Shown: in pieces, positions 10,456 to 20,091 of the stretch | How the letters are laid out: each line of letters opens with the position of its first letter | How positions within the stretch are numbered: the first letter of the stretch is position 1 | Source of the DNA: Candidatus Marinacidobacterales bacterium | GTDB lineage: Bacteria > Acidobacteriota > Vicinamibacteria > Marinacidobacterales > DATDRI01 | Direction: 5' to 3' | DNA length: 64,000 nt | Assembly: GCA_965219415.1 (NCBI GenBank) | Contig: OZ244742.1 | Coordinates: 192,001-256,000, forward strand | Made by a program: the position numbers and the translations under genes | The notes under the pieces: model-generated | What the model was told of the DNA's origin: nothing | What the model saw: the letters and a program-made list of their open reading frames with translations, nothing else | The model's database searches: none

Positions 10456-10609
10456 GTCGTTTCTCCTGCCCGGATACCCAAAACGCGTTGGGTGCCAGGC
10501 CCAAGTCCATCAGGACGCCGGGCGTCTAGAACATGGCGGGCGCTATACGCAAAAGCCGTCAGGCACCGGCTCGACTGGAATTGGTTCTTTAAATGATAGC
10601 AGGAAAATA

Positions 10610-10686
10610 TGGTCGGGACGGCGGGATTCGAACCCACGACCACTTGCACCCCAAGCAAGTGCGCTACCAGGCTGCGCTACGTCCCG
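10610..10686 (-). tRNA. tRNA-Pro (GGG)
   Basis: CGGGACGTAGCGCAGCCTGGTAGCGCACTTGCTT-GGG-GTGCAAG...GGTTCGAATCCC...CCA; 77 nt. Confidence 0.97.
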
Positions 10687-10746
10687 ATCTGGCCGTTGGT
10701 GCGGCCTGCATCGTATCACGCACCGAAAACGCGATCAATGTAGCGG

Positions 10747-11142
10747 CTATTCGTCTACCTTGGGGTCGTTGGCTTCGAGAATGTGGAGAATATCCTTGAG
10801 CCCCGACTTGATTTCCTCGATCCGGTCGCCGTTCATCTCGCCCTCGAGCGGACGCGTGATGGGGGTCTGTCCTCCACCCCCGGCCCCTTCTTCTTTCACT
10901 TCCTGCTCCAATCTCTTCTTGGCGCCGGCGATGGTGAAACCCTCTTCATAAAGTAGCGCCTTGATGCGCAGAATGGTTTCTATATCGCGGCGGCGATAGA
11001 TACGCTGGCCCGAGTTGTTCTTGGCCGGAGCGAGCGCAGGAAACTCCGACTCCCAATAACGTAGGACGTAGGGCTGGGTTTCGGTCAGCTCGCAGACTTC
11101 CCCGATCTTGAAGAAGAGCTTATTCGGGATCTTCTTATTCAT
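10747..11142 (-). CDS. MerR-family HTH regulator (ihfA-linked type)
   Basis: IPNKLFFKIGEV, VLRYWESEF, LLYEEGFTIAGA; typical ihfA-merR-tRNAPro-surE context. Confidence 0.92.
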   Translation of the reverse strand: MNKKIPNKLFFKIGEVCELTETQPYVLRYWESEFPALAPAKNNSGQRIYRRRDIETILRIKALLYEEGFTIAGAKKRLEQEVKEEGAGGGGQTPITRPLEGEMNGDRIEEIKSGLKDILHILEANDPKVDE

Positions 11143-11174
11143 GCTCGCTCGGACCGGGTCCTGCAGTTACCTGC

Positions 11175-11450
11175 TCAGGTAAGGCTGGCCTGAAACGATT
11201 TCGAGGGTTTGAAAACGACCGACTTGCGGGGCAGGATGTTCATCTCCTCCCCGGTTTGTGGATTGCGACCCTTTCGGCCCTTCTTACCCCGGACCGCAAA
11301 AGTCCCAAAACCAGTGATTTGCACCCTCTCTCCTTCTCTTAGCCCTTGTTTGATGAAGCCGAGTATCAAGTCCACCAACCGGGAGGCCTCCTTGTTGGAG
11401 AGGCCGCCGTGGCGCTCGTAAACCACCGTGGCAAGGTCGGCCTTGGTCAT
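11175..11450 (-). CDS. ihfA: Integration host factor alpha-like protein
   Basis: MTKADL, ITGFGTF, GRNPQTGE, VVFKPS; lies upstream of merR. Confidence 0.82.
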   Translation of the reverse strand: MTKADLATVVYERHGGLSNKEASRLVDLILGFIKQGLREGERVQITGFGTFAVRGKKGRKGRNPQTGEEMNILPRKSVVFKPSKSFQASLT

Positions 11451-11550
11451 AGAGAAGTCAAAACACCATCCGGCTCTCGGCGCACAGAGGTTAATGCCTG
11501 ATTAAGTTAAAGGACTGAAAAGACTAGAGGTCCAGTTGACACCCTAAAGC

Positions 11551-11578
11551 ATTATATGAGACTTGTCACCCAAGTCAA
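11551..11578 (-). promoter_or_regulatory. Sigma70-type promoter for ihfA
   Basis: Minus strand TTGACT-N16-TATAAT about 100 bp upstream of ihfA. Confidence 0.65.
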
Positions 11579-11603
11579 GCGTAAACATTACACGATTGGG
11601 CCC

Positions 11604-12926
11604 TTACTTGCGACGTTTTCTAAACGTCACCCGAATGGGTGTGCCCTCGAACCCGAACTCCTCGCGAAGGCGCCGGGCGAGGTAGCGAGTGTAGGTGGGC
11701 TCGACTTCCTTTGAATGGCTGGCGAAGACGACGAAACGGGGCGGGGCCGTGCCGACCTGCGCCATGTAGAAAAGATTGACGTCCTTGCCGTCCTTGGCCC
11801 GAGGGGGATGATGGCTCACCTGGGCCTGAAGAAATTGATTAAGTTGAGGTGTAGCAATACGTTGTGTCTGGTGCTTCCGAACCCTGTCGACGAGAGGAAG
11901 GATCTTGTGCGCACCCCTCCCCTGGAGAGCCGAAACGAACACCAGGGGTGCGAAGGCGAGATGCGGGAGCTCTTCGGCTACATCCTCTCGGCGCTCTCGA
12001 GCCTCCTTCTCGCGCTCCTCGACGATATCCCATTTGTTGAAGACGACAATGGCTCCTCGGCCGGCGCTAGCCACCTTGCCGGCGATGGCGCGGTCCTCAC
12101 TCGTCAGCCCTTCGCTGGCATCCACGACCAGCAAGCAAATGTGCGCCCGGGAGATGGCGCGTTCGGCGTAGAGCACACCCAGCTGATCGGCGCGCGAGGG
12201 TGTCTTGCCGCGCCGGCGAATCCCCGCGGTGTCCACGAAACGGTAGACGCGTCCCTCGACTTCGAGCACCGTATCCACGGGGTCGCGTGTGGTGCCAGCC
12301 ATTTCGCTAACCACCGCACGTTCTTCGCCGGCGAGCCGATTCAATAGAGAGGACTTGCCGACGTTTGGACGCCCCACGATCGCGATTCGAATTTCATCCC
12401 GCGCCTCGAGCTCACTTGTTTCCGGCAAGCGCCTCGCGATCTCGTCCAAGAGCTCGTTGACGCCCAGACCGTGCTCGGCGGAAATCTGAAAGAGCGCCCC
12501 AAAACCTAAGCGGTGAAACTCCATGGCTTCGACTTCCCGGCGCCGATGGTCGACCTTGTTCACGACCAGCAGCACTCTCTCGGAGTGGGGCCGAAGTTTC
12601 TGGGCGAGCCCTTCGTCCTCCGACACAATCCCCGCGATACCGTCCACGACCCAGCACAGCAGATCGCCCGCTTCGATCGCGACCTCGCACTGCGTGACCA
12701 CCTGCTGTTCGAGCGAAGTACCCGGACGATGGTAGAGGCCACCGGTGTCCACGAGCTCGAAGTCCTTGCCGGACCAGTTGGCGGGCGCCTGGTTTCGGTC
12801 TCGAGTCGACCCAGCAACCGGGTCGACGATCGCGCGACGCACACCGGTAATTCGATTGAAGAGAGTCGATTTGCCGACGTTCGGTCGCCCCACGATGGCG
12901 ACCACCGGAAGTGCTTTCTCGCCCAT
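11604..12926 (-). CDS. der: Ribosome biogenesis GTPase Der (EngA)
   Basis: Two GRPNVGKS P-loops, DTGG/DTAG, NKVD/NKWD, C-terminal FGFEGTPI. Confidence 0.97.
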   Translation of the reverse strand: MGEKALPVVAIVGRPNVGKSTLFNRITGVRRAIVDPVAGSTRDRNQAPANWSGKDFELVDTGGLYHRPGTSLEQQVVTQCEVAIEAGDLLCWVVDGIAGIVSEDEGLAQKLRPHSERVLLVVNKVDHRRREVEAMEFHRLGFGALFQISAEHGLGVNELLDEIARRLPETSELEARDEIRIAIVGRPNVGKSSLLNRLAGEERAVVSEMAGTTRDPVDTVLEVEGRVYRFVDTAGIRRRGKTPSRADQLGVLYAERAISRAHICLLVVDASEGLTSEDRAIAGKVASAGRGAIVVFNKWDIVEEREKEARERREDVAEELPHLAFAPLVFVSALQGRGAHKILPLVDRVRKHQTQRIATPQLNQFLQAQVSHHPPRAKDGKDVNLFYMAQVGTAPPRFVVFASHSKEVEPTYTRYLARRLREEFGFEGTPIRVTFRKRRK

Positions 12927-13037
12927 ATCTCTTTATGAATCTATCAGTTCCGAGGAAGGTCTCCGAGTATAGCACCGCTCGAGACCGCGGGCAACCCGCT
13001 AACCTCGCTGTTTAGAGCATGATATGGGGGAAAGTGC

Positions 13038-13067
13038 TTGACACGTTCTCGATGCTCCCCCTATAAT
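13038..13067 (+). promoter_or_regulatory. Consensus sigma70 promoter for the HU-family gene
   Basis: TTGACA (13038-13043) N18 TATAAT (13062-13067); GGAGGT SD before ATG 13096. Confidence 0.8.
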
Positions 13068-13095
13068 AAACGCTGCTATCTCTCGGGAGGTCAAT

Positions 13096-13365
13096 ATGAT
13101 AAAGGTAGACATCATCAACGAGGTGTCTGCTGCCGCGAACATCACAAAAGTGAAATCTGAGCAGGCGGTGGAGGCGGTCTTGGACGCCATGAAACAGTCG
13201 ATGAAGCGCGGCGAGCGCATCGAACTGCGAGGCTTTGGCGTCTTCCAGGTCAAGCCGCGCAAGCGGGGCATTGGCCGGAACCCGCGGACCGGGAAAGAGG
13301 TTCGGATACCTCCCGGACGAACCATCCGCTTCAAGCCTGGCAAAGATCTACAGAGCATTCCCTAG
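13096..13365 (+). CDS. HU/IHF-family DNA-binding protein
   Basis: RIELRGFGVF, GRNPRTGKEV, FKPGKDL. Confidence 0.93.
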   Translation: MIKVDIINEVSAAANITKVKSEQAVEAVLDAMKQSMKRGERIELRGFGVFQVKPRKRGIGRNPRTGKEVRIPPGRTIRFKPGKDLQSIP

Positions 13366-13389
13366 TCTCGCGGGGAAATTCTCCTTCCG

Positions 13390-14403
13390 CTGACTCGGGC
13401 TTTCTCCGAGGCACCTATCTCTTCGCCGACTTCCCCTCTCCGAGTCGAGCTCCCAGGGCCGGCCTACAGCCGAGCCCCTAGAGCATCTCGAACCGAGCCG
13501 CGTTTCCCTATCGTCCAGCTCGTCCTGTTCCTCCTGACGATCGCGTCAACCCTACTGGTCGGCGCCTACCAAGGACTAGCGTTCGCCTCTGCCGAGGCGC
13601 AGGAGCTTTTCCCCGACGTGATGTCGCTCGCAGAACGGCTTCAAACTGTTCTGACCTACGGTGCCCCTTTCAGCTTTACCATCATCGCGATCTTGCTCTC
13701 CCATGAAATGGGTCACTACCTCACCGCCCGCTACTACCGAGTCAAAGCCAGCCTCCCTTACTTCATTCCCTTCCCGTTTTCGATCATCGGAACCATGGGA
13801 GCGTTCATCCTCATCCGATCGCCATTCCCGCACCGCCGTTCGCTCATCGACATTGGTTTGGCCGGCCCGTTCGCGGGCTTCATCGTCACCATACCCGCTC
13901 TCTTCGTCGGCATCTCCCAGTCGAAGCTCGGCCCGCCCCTCGGTGTCGATGGTCTTACGTTGGGAGAACCCATTCTCTTTAGGCTGGTCAGCGCGTTGAT
14001 CTGGCCTGATACACCTGCCGACCAAGTTCTGTACATCAGTCCGGTAGGACTCGCAGCCTGGTTCGGCCTACTCGCCACGGCGATCAACCTGATGCCTATC
14101 GGACAGTTCGACGGCGGACACGCCACGTATGCGCTTCTGCGCCGCAACGCGCATCGAGTGTCCCGTATCGCTTTCTTTCTTCTCTTCCCGATGGCCTACT
14201 TCGGCCCGACCTGGCTGGTATGGGCGATGCTGGCTTTTCTGCTCGGGATCCGGCGACCGCACCCGCCGACCCTCAGCGATGAGACTCCTCTACCGAAAAG
14301 CCGCAAATGGATGGGAGTCCTGGGTTACGCGACCTTTATTTTGTGCTTCACCCCGGAGCCGATCGTCTTCAGCTGGAGCGAGCTCTTGGGAGGCGTTCCC
14401 TGA
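13390..14403 (+). CDS. Site-2 protease (M50) family protein; start uncertain
   Basis: HEMGH, IGTMGAFI, IGLAGP, NLMPIGQFDGGH; frame is open back to 13366 and includes the first TM helix LVLFLLTIASTLL, but the first canonical start is GTG 13618. Confidence 0.85.
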   Translation: MTRAFSEAPISSPTSPLRVELPGPAYSRAPRASRTEPRFPIVQLVLFLLTIASTLLVGAYQGLAFASAEAQELFPDVMSLAERLQTVLTYGAPFSFTIIAILLSHEMGHYLTARYYRVKASLPYFIPFPFSIIGTMGAFILIRSPFPHRRSLIDIGLAGPFAGFIVTIPALFVGISQSKLGPPLGVDGLTLGEPILFRLVSALIWPDTPADQVLYISPVGLAAWFGLLATAINLMPIGQFDGGHATYALLRRNAHRVSRIAFFLLFPMAYFGPTWLVWAMLAFLLGIRRPHPPTLSDETPLPKSRKWMGVLGYATFILCFTPEPIVFSWSELLGGVP

Positions 14404-14406
14404 GGG

Positions 14407-14653
14407 CTAATCGGGAAGCACAGTGAGTCCAAGTGCTTTACCGCCCCATAGCGCCAGCCACCACGAGTTCGGCCAGCGGACGCGGACCGTTCCGACTGTT
14501 GGCAACAGAGTGCATCGCTTCGGTGATAACGGCGCTGGTCGTGGCAAGCTGCCCAGTGAAGCCATCCAAGCACTCCATAACGTCTGCGTGCGAGGGATCG
14601 TTCGCGTCCAAGTACGCGACCAGGAGTCCAGTGTCCAACAACCAAGCCTTCAC
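14407..14653 (-). pseudogene. vapC: VapC/PIN toxin with internal deletion
   Basis: LLDTG..AYLDANDPSH..VITEAMH; only 71 aa; a plausible native tail GGKALGLTVLPD-stop follows in another frame. Confidence 0.7.
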
Positions 14654-14904
14654 GAGCGCCAGTTCCGCTGCCGAAGCGCCTTCCTCCAGGCCTCGGTTGT
14701 CGCTCGTCTTGGAAGCCTTAGTCCACCCTTGATATGGCCGGTGCGCGCACGCACGGGACGCTCCGCGAGGCCGCGGAGGAGGATCTCCCGTGCGACCTGC
14801 GAAACCGTCTTCCCTTCGGCTTCGGCGCTTTTTTCCAGGGCCTCTCGCAACGACTCGTCGATCCGAATGGCAAGTCTCGTACTCATGGATACAGTGTATG
14901 ACAC
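14650..14904 (-). CDS. Ribbon-helix-helix (CopG-like) antitoxin
   Basis: RLAIRIDESLREALEKSAEAEGKTVSQVAREIL; GTGA overlap with the PIN gene. Confidence 0.8.
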   Translation of the reverse strand: MSYTVSMSTRLAIRIDESLREALEKSAEAEGKTVSQVAREILLRGLAERPVRARTGHIKGGLRLPRRATTEAWRKALRQRNWRS

Positions 14905-14979
14905 CTTCTACGTGACAACTACGCGTACATCCGGGGCGCCGATCTAGAAGGCGTGTAAACCGAAAGGAGCAATTTCAAG

Positions 14980-15570
14980 ATGAGCACAAGAGATATCTCG
15001 TTACCGGCCGCGCTGGTCGAGCTCTGAACGGCTGGCTGTGCCCCACAGCCCACCAGTGACGCTGCCGACACCGTCTACACCAACGGCAAGATCTACACCG
15101 TCAACGAAGCCCAGCCCTGGGCCGAGGCGGTAGCGATCAAGAGCGGCAAGTTCCTGGCGGTGGGGTCGAATGCCGACGTCGAGGCGGTCACTGGCGACGG
15201 CACTGACGTCACTGATCTCGACGGCGCCTTTGCGATGCCGGGGCTCATCGACATTCACGGGTTCCACGGAATGTCCACCGAGAATCGCGTGTACTGTGAG
15301 CTCAAGGGGACCTTCTGGGAGCCGACCGAGGAACAGATCCTCGCGGACCTGCGAGCATGTGCCGAGAACTTCCCAGCCGAGCCCGAGTGGTTCATCGCGG
15401 AGGGGTTCACGCCGGGCTCGATGTCGAAGGAGGCTTTGAGCCTGGCGACGCTCGACGAGATCGTTCCGGACAAGCCTGCCTACGTCCAGGATGAGTCCGG
15501 ACACAACGCCTGGGTGAATACGCGGGCATTGGAGGTCGCGAGAGTCACTGCTGAAACTCCCGACCCGGTG
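14980..15570 (+). pseudogene. Amidohydrolase-3 (YtcJ-like) lipoprotein, N-terminal fragment
   Basis: AAGGAG SD + ATG 14980; in-frame TGA at 15025; lipobox AGC; NGKIYTVN..WAEAVAIK, MPGLIDIH, SGHNAWVNTRAL; ends at ETPDP. Confidence 0.8.
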
Positions 15571-15631
15571 GCTGAGAGCGAGAAACTCCCCCTTAACCTA
15601 TTGATACAGCGCCACTTAATATGCCCAGCGA

Positions 15632-16523
15632 CTAAGACGTCGAGTCCGAGTCACTACGGTAGCGCTCTTCCTCTCGGTAGTAGTCTTCGAAACCTGCGAG
15701 CTCTCGAAGCTCTTTGAACGAGATGTGCGCTTTGGGGTGACCTTCTCTAAGGGCGCTGAGGGCTTCCTTCATCGCGGAGATGCTCGCGCCGAAGACGGTG
15801 AAGGGATGGGCAACGAGCTTGAATCCGATCTCTTGCAGTCGCTCATCAGACAAAATGGGGGTCGCCCCGTCTTCGAGCATGTTGGCCATGTGGTGACCGG
15901 GGACGCGTCGACAGATCTCTTGCATTTCCTCTTCGGAGGTGGGGGCCTCGACGAACAGCATGTCCGCGCCGACAGCGGAGAACGCTTTCGCCCTCGCGAG
16001 GGCCTCCTCGAGTCCGTCGGTCCCTAGCGCATCGGTGCGCGCCATAACGAGAATGTCGGCACCTTCATCGCGAGCGTCAACCGCGGCCCTGGATTCGGGC
16101 CACGGCCTCCCCTCTCGAGACGACGCTCTTCCCTCTCGTATGACCACATCGCTTCGGCCAGACTTGGTCTTCGATCATCACACCCGCGAATCCGGCATTT
16201 GCGTAGCCGCCAACCGTTCGCTTCACGTTGACCGCGTTGCCGTAACCGGTGTCGCCATCCCCAATGATAGGGATCGAAACGGCAGAGCAAATGTTCCGCC
16301 CCTGCTCGAGCATCTCGCCGTAAGAGACGAGCCCGGTGTCGGGTAGTCCGAACCGAGCCGCGGCGACCGCGAAGCCGCTCATGAACGATAGAGGAAAACC
16401 AGCTGCTTCGATCAACCGCGCCGAAAGCGCGTCGTAGCAGCACGGAAAGGGGAGGATTCCCGGACCCTTCAGTAGCAGTCTGAGCTTATCGGCAGGAGAA
16501 GAACCGCGTCCATTCGCTGTCAC
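15632..16523 (-). pseudogene. Isocitrate lyase/PEP mutase family enzyme, 1-nt frameshift
   Basis: YDALSARL, DGDTGYGN, IEDQVWPKRCGH (ORF 16077..16523); MARTDA, FVEAP, ANMLEDGATP (ORF 15632..16147); extra G at ~16088. Confidence 0.85.
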
Positions 16524-16769
16524 CGGGCGCTTATATCATAGTGGCTCTGCTTTTACCTTGATTTCCGCGTGTTTCAGCCACCCCGAGGCTCCAAGTGTCC
16601 GTAGTATTCCGGATGGCGCCGCTGGTTGCCACCACGCTATGGTTAGCGTTCTGCCGGATTGCGAAATGACAACGCACGGATTTCATTGGACATTCGGTTG
16701 CGCGGCGAACTTGGCGCTCTTCTTATTGCCCCTCGGCCACCTTGTCCAAGCGAGCGGCCAGCAACAGGG

Positions 16770-17520
16770 ACAAACGTCTTTCGCTCGAGATGAATTGGAA
16801 CAATCCCGAGGTGGATCCGTTACCCGAATTGCGCCAGCTGCGCGCAGATTTCGATTCCGAGCTGGTGAAGGTCATCAGGCTGAAAGTGAACGCCGACAGC
16901 AGCACGGTGCGACCCGCATGTTCCTCGACGCCGTTGAAGCGGCCATAGCCGCGAACCCCGATCGTGACCGCCGCCATGTGATTTCGCACACCTCGCTGGT
17001 CCACCCGGACGACGTTCCGCGGTTCTCGGAACTGGGCGTGATTGCCGACTTCCAGACTTCGTGGGCTACTCTCGACCCGCTTAGTGAAGGTATTACGGTC
17101 GACGCCTCGGCACGGAACGCCGCGATCGCTACTATCCCATCAAAGGAGCTACGGGATGCCGGCGCGCATGTCTCCATCAGCTCCGATTGGCCGGTAGCGG
17201 GCTATGCGCCTACTCACAAGCCCCTGGTCTCCATTCAGGTGGCCGTGACCCGTCAGGCGGCGGTGCCTCCCCGAAGAGATCCTCTGGGGGGAGAATCTGC
17301 CCGTCTGTCGGTAGAGGAAGCGATTCGTGCCCATACCTTGGGCCAGGCCTACGCGCTCGGCGAGGAGGATCGGCTCGGCTCCCTCGAGGTCGGCAAGAAG
17401 GCGGACCTCATTGTGCTCGAGGAAAGCCTCCTTGAGGTCGACATGTACGACATCGGCGAGACGGCTGTGCAGCTGACGATGATGAACGGTCGAATCACGC
17501 ACCGCGACGAAACGTTCTAA
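16770..17520 (+). pseudogene. Amidohydrolase-3 middle/C-terminal fragment
   Basis: LKVNAD joined directly to GATRMFLDAVE; RHVISH, SSDWPV, GSLEVGKKADLIVL, TMMNGRI. Confidence 0.8.
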
Positions 17521-17631
17521 GAGTCGCGCCAGCTCGCCTACAACAACGCCCTGTCGGCTCGGCGTTGCCGGTGCCGAGGCCCAAGAGGCCCCGCTCCTCA
17601 CCTTGCCGGTCGGCCCCTAGTGCCCGTCCGA

Positions 17632-20091
17632 TTAGGAAAGCGTCATTGGATCCACGTCGACCAACATGTACTTCGAAAGATCGGGGTCCTGAACCATCGC
17701 GCGAAGGCGCCGACGGACCTCGCGGTGCTGCGATCGTGGTAGCTTCACCAAAATCTGACAGCGATGGCGGCCCGCCACTTTCGAACGAGGGGCAAAGGCC
17801 GGCCCCAGCACTTCGACGCCCGCTAGATTGGCGCGATTGAGTGCTTGAGCAACGCTTCGGGCTCGTTTGGTGGCTCCCGCCATGGCCTCGGCTTCTAGAA
17901 TGATATTAATGATGTAGATGCTCGGCGGGTAATGGAGCGCACGACGGAACGCGATCTCTTCGTCGTAGAATCCTTGGTAGTTTTGGCCGCTCGCATGATG
18001 GAGAGCATAGTGATCCGGGGAAAACGTCTGGATCAGTACCTCCCCGACCCTTTGACCCCGGCCCGCACGGCCGGCCACCTGGGTGAGGAGTTGGAACGTC
18101 CTTTCCGCGGCCCGAAAGTCGGGAACTCCCAAGCCGACGTCGGCCGCCAGAACCCCGACCAGAGTGACCGCCGGGAAATCGTGGCCTTTGGCTAACATCT
18201 GGGTTCCGACAAGCAGATCGATCTCTCCACCGGCGAAACGGGAGAGCAACGACTCGTAACTTCCTTTGCGACGCATGGTGTCCCGGTCCATGCGCGACGC
18301 GCGGATCTTCGGAAAGACTTCCTTGAGCAACTCCTCCACTCTCTCTGTTCCGTAACCTCGCCGTCTTAGATACTCGCCCCGGCACACATCACACTGCTTG
18401 GGTGTCGGACGTCCGAGGCCGCAATAGTGACAAACGGCAAGACTGCCTCGCTCATGAAGCGTCAGTGCGACACTACACTCGCTGCAGTTCGCAGCAAGAC
18501 CGCACTCCCGACACACGAGCTGCGTCGCGTATCCCCGACGATTGAGAAGAATGAGAGCCTGCTCTCGGGCCGATAGGCGCTTTTCGATCGCGTCGCGAAG
18601 AGGTTCCGACAGGATGGTCTCAGGGCCTTCCGCGCGGACGACGTCTTTCATGTCAATGAGCTCGACTCGAGCCAAGGGCCGACCGCCGATACGCTCGGGA
18701 AGCGTCGTCAGACGATAACGTCCTTGCAGCGAATGCGTGTACGACTCCAGGGACGGTGTCGCAGAACCCAGGACGACCACCGCACCCTCATCTTTCGCTC
18801 GCTTGATGGCTACATCGCGCGCGTTGTAGCGAGGCGCCTCCTCCTGCTTGTAGGAGCCCTCCTGTTCCTCATCCACCACCACCAGCCCGATCTTTTGGAG
18901 GGGAGCGAGAACCGCGGCTCGCGCGCCGACGACAACGCGGGCTTCACCGTTACGTATCCGCCACCACTCGTCGCGCCTCTCCCCGGTTCCCAGGGCGCTG
19001 TGCAGAATCGCGACCTTGGATTGAAAGCGTTGCTGCAAAAGCCCGGCAAGCCGCGGTGTCAAAGCGATTTCGGGGACCAAGAGGAGTGCGGTTCGTCCTG
19101 CCGCTAGGGCCGACTCTACCGCGCGCAAATAGACTTCCGTCTTGCCGCTCCCGGTGACTCCGTGCAAAACCATCACCGAGAACTGGCGGCGCGACATCGA
19201 TTGCTCGATTTCGGAGATCACCGCGCTCTGGCCCCCGGTCGGATTGAGCGGCCCTTCGTCGGCTACCCTGAGACGTCCCCACGGACTTTGAGGCGCCGCC
19301 CGCTGCTTCGAGAGCTCGATGTAGCCACGTTTCGCGAGAGTTCGAAGCGGGCCGTCTTTCAAACCCAACTCGTTTCGTATTGTGCGGAGCGGCACCGCAT
19401 CGGTGGCAGTCGCGAGAAGGGTAAGCACGCGGGAGGTGGTAGGCTTGAGTGTTTGCGAATCGAGCGCCTGACGACCTTCTTTCGTGATCGATCCCGCCCA
19501 CACTTGCGGAATTCCACCCGATGGACTCTTTTCGACCCGCTCCACGTACCCTTCATCGACCAGAAAGCGTAAAGGCGCACCGACCCGAGAGCTTCCCACC
19601 GCACGGGACAGAGCCCGAGATGCCATGGGCTTCTCGAGCGCGAGTAGCACGCGCTCCCTCAAACTGCCGGCCTTGAGCCTTGCCTCTCCGGCCTTCTGGG
19701 TTCGCCGATAACGAACGGTTCCCGCCCGTCCCGTTTCCGGAGGTAGGAGTGCTCGCAAGACCTCGCCCGGAGGCGCGAGATAGTAGTCTGCGATCCACTC
19801 CGCTAGTGCGAGGGGCTTCTTCGCGACAACCGGCTCCGAATCCAATGAAGAAAGAAGCGGTAGGATCTTCGTGCCCGGAGGCAGCGCCGGCGGATGCTCT
19901 TCGATTTGAACGACACAGCCGATCAAAACGCGGGGGCCGAAACGCACTTTCACCCGGCAACCCGGCGCAAGATGGTTCAGGGAATGTGGCACTCCATAGG
20001 AAAAAGCCTGCTGAAGCGGTAAGGGAAGCGCCACCCGGGCGTAGCGCGGGAACCGAGAATCGCGGGGCGACGAACGACTACCGTTGCTCAT
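17632..20091 (-). CDS. priA: Primosomal protein N' (replication restart helicase)
   Basis: HGVTGSGKTEVY, LVPEIALT, VDEEQE, LGSATPS, Zn-binding CxxC array, GTQMLAKGHDF. Confidence 0.97.
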   Translation of the reverse strand: MSNGSRSSPRDSRFPRYARVALPLPLQQAFSYGVPHSLNHLAPGCRVKVRFGPRVLIGCVVQIEEHPPALPPGTKILPLLSSLDSEPVVAKKPLALAEWIADYYLAPPGEVLRALLPPETGRAGTVRYRRTQKAGEARLKAGSLRERVLLALEKPMASRALSRAVGSSRVGAPLRFLVDEGYVERVEKSPSGGIPQVWAGSITKEGRQALDSQTLKPTTSRVLTLLATATDAVPLRTIRNELGLKDGPLRTLAKRGYIELSKQRAAPQSPWGRLRVADEGPLNPTGGQSAVISEIEQSMSRRQFSVMVLHGVTGSGKTEVYLRAVESALAAGRTALLLVPEIALTPRLAGLLQQRFQSKVAILHSALGTGERRDEWWRIRNGEARVVVGARAAVLAPLQKIGLVVVDEEQEGSYKQEEAPRYNARDVAIKRAKDEGAVVVLGSATPSLESYTHSLQGRYRLTTLPERIGGRPLARVELIDMKDVVRAEGPETILSEPLRDAIEKRLSAREQALILLNRRGYATQLVCRECGLAANCSECSVALTLHERGSLAVCHYCGLGRPTPKQCDVCRGEYLRRRGYGTERVEELLKEVFPKIRASRMDRDTMRRKGSYESLLSRFAGGEIDLLVGTQMLAKGHDFPAVTLVGVLAADVGLGVPDFRAAERTFQLLTQVAGRAGRGQRVGEVLIQTFSPDHYALHHASGQNYQGFYDEEIAFRRALHYPPSIYIINIILEAEAMAGATKRARSVAQALNRANLAGVEVLGPAFAPRSKVAGRHRCQILVKLPRSQHREVRRRLRAMVQDPDLSKYMLVDVDPMTLS

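Noticed and set aside
16087-16089. Programmed frameshifting or phase variation at short G/C runs (also 5150, 56358, 58283)
   Set aside because: Runs are only 3-6 nt with no slippery heptamer or stimulatory structure seen; mutation or sequencing error is more parsimonious
17521-17640. Integron attC-like site (gcctacaacaacgcc...)
   Set aside because: No proper RYYYAAC/GTTRRRY pair or bottom-strand hairpin; no intI
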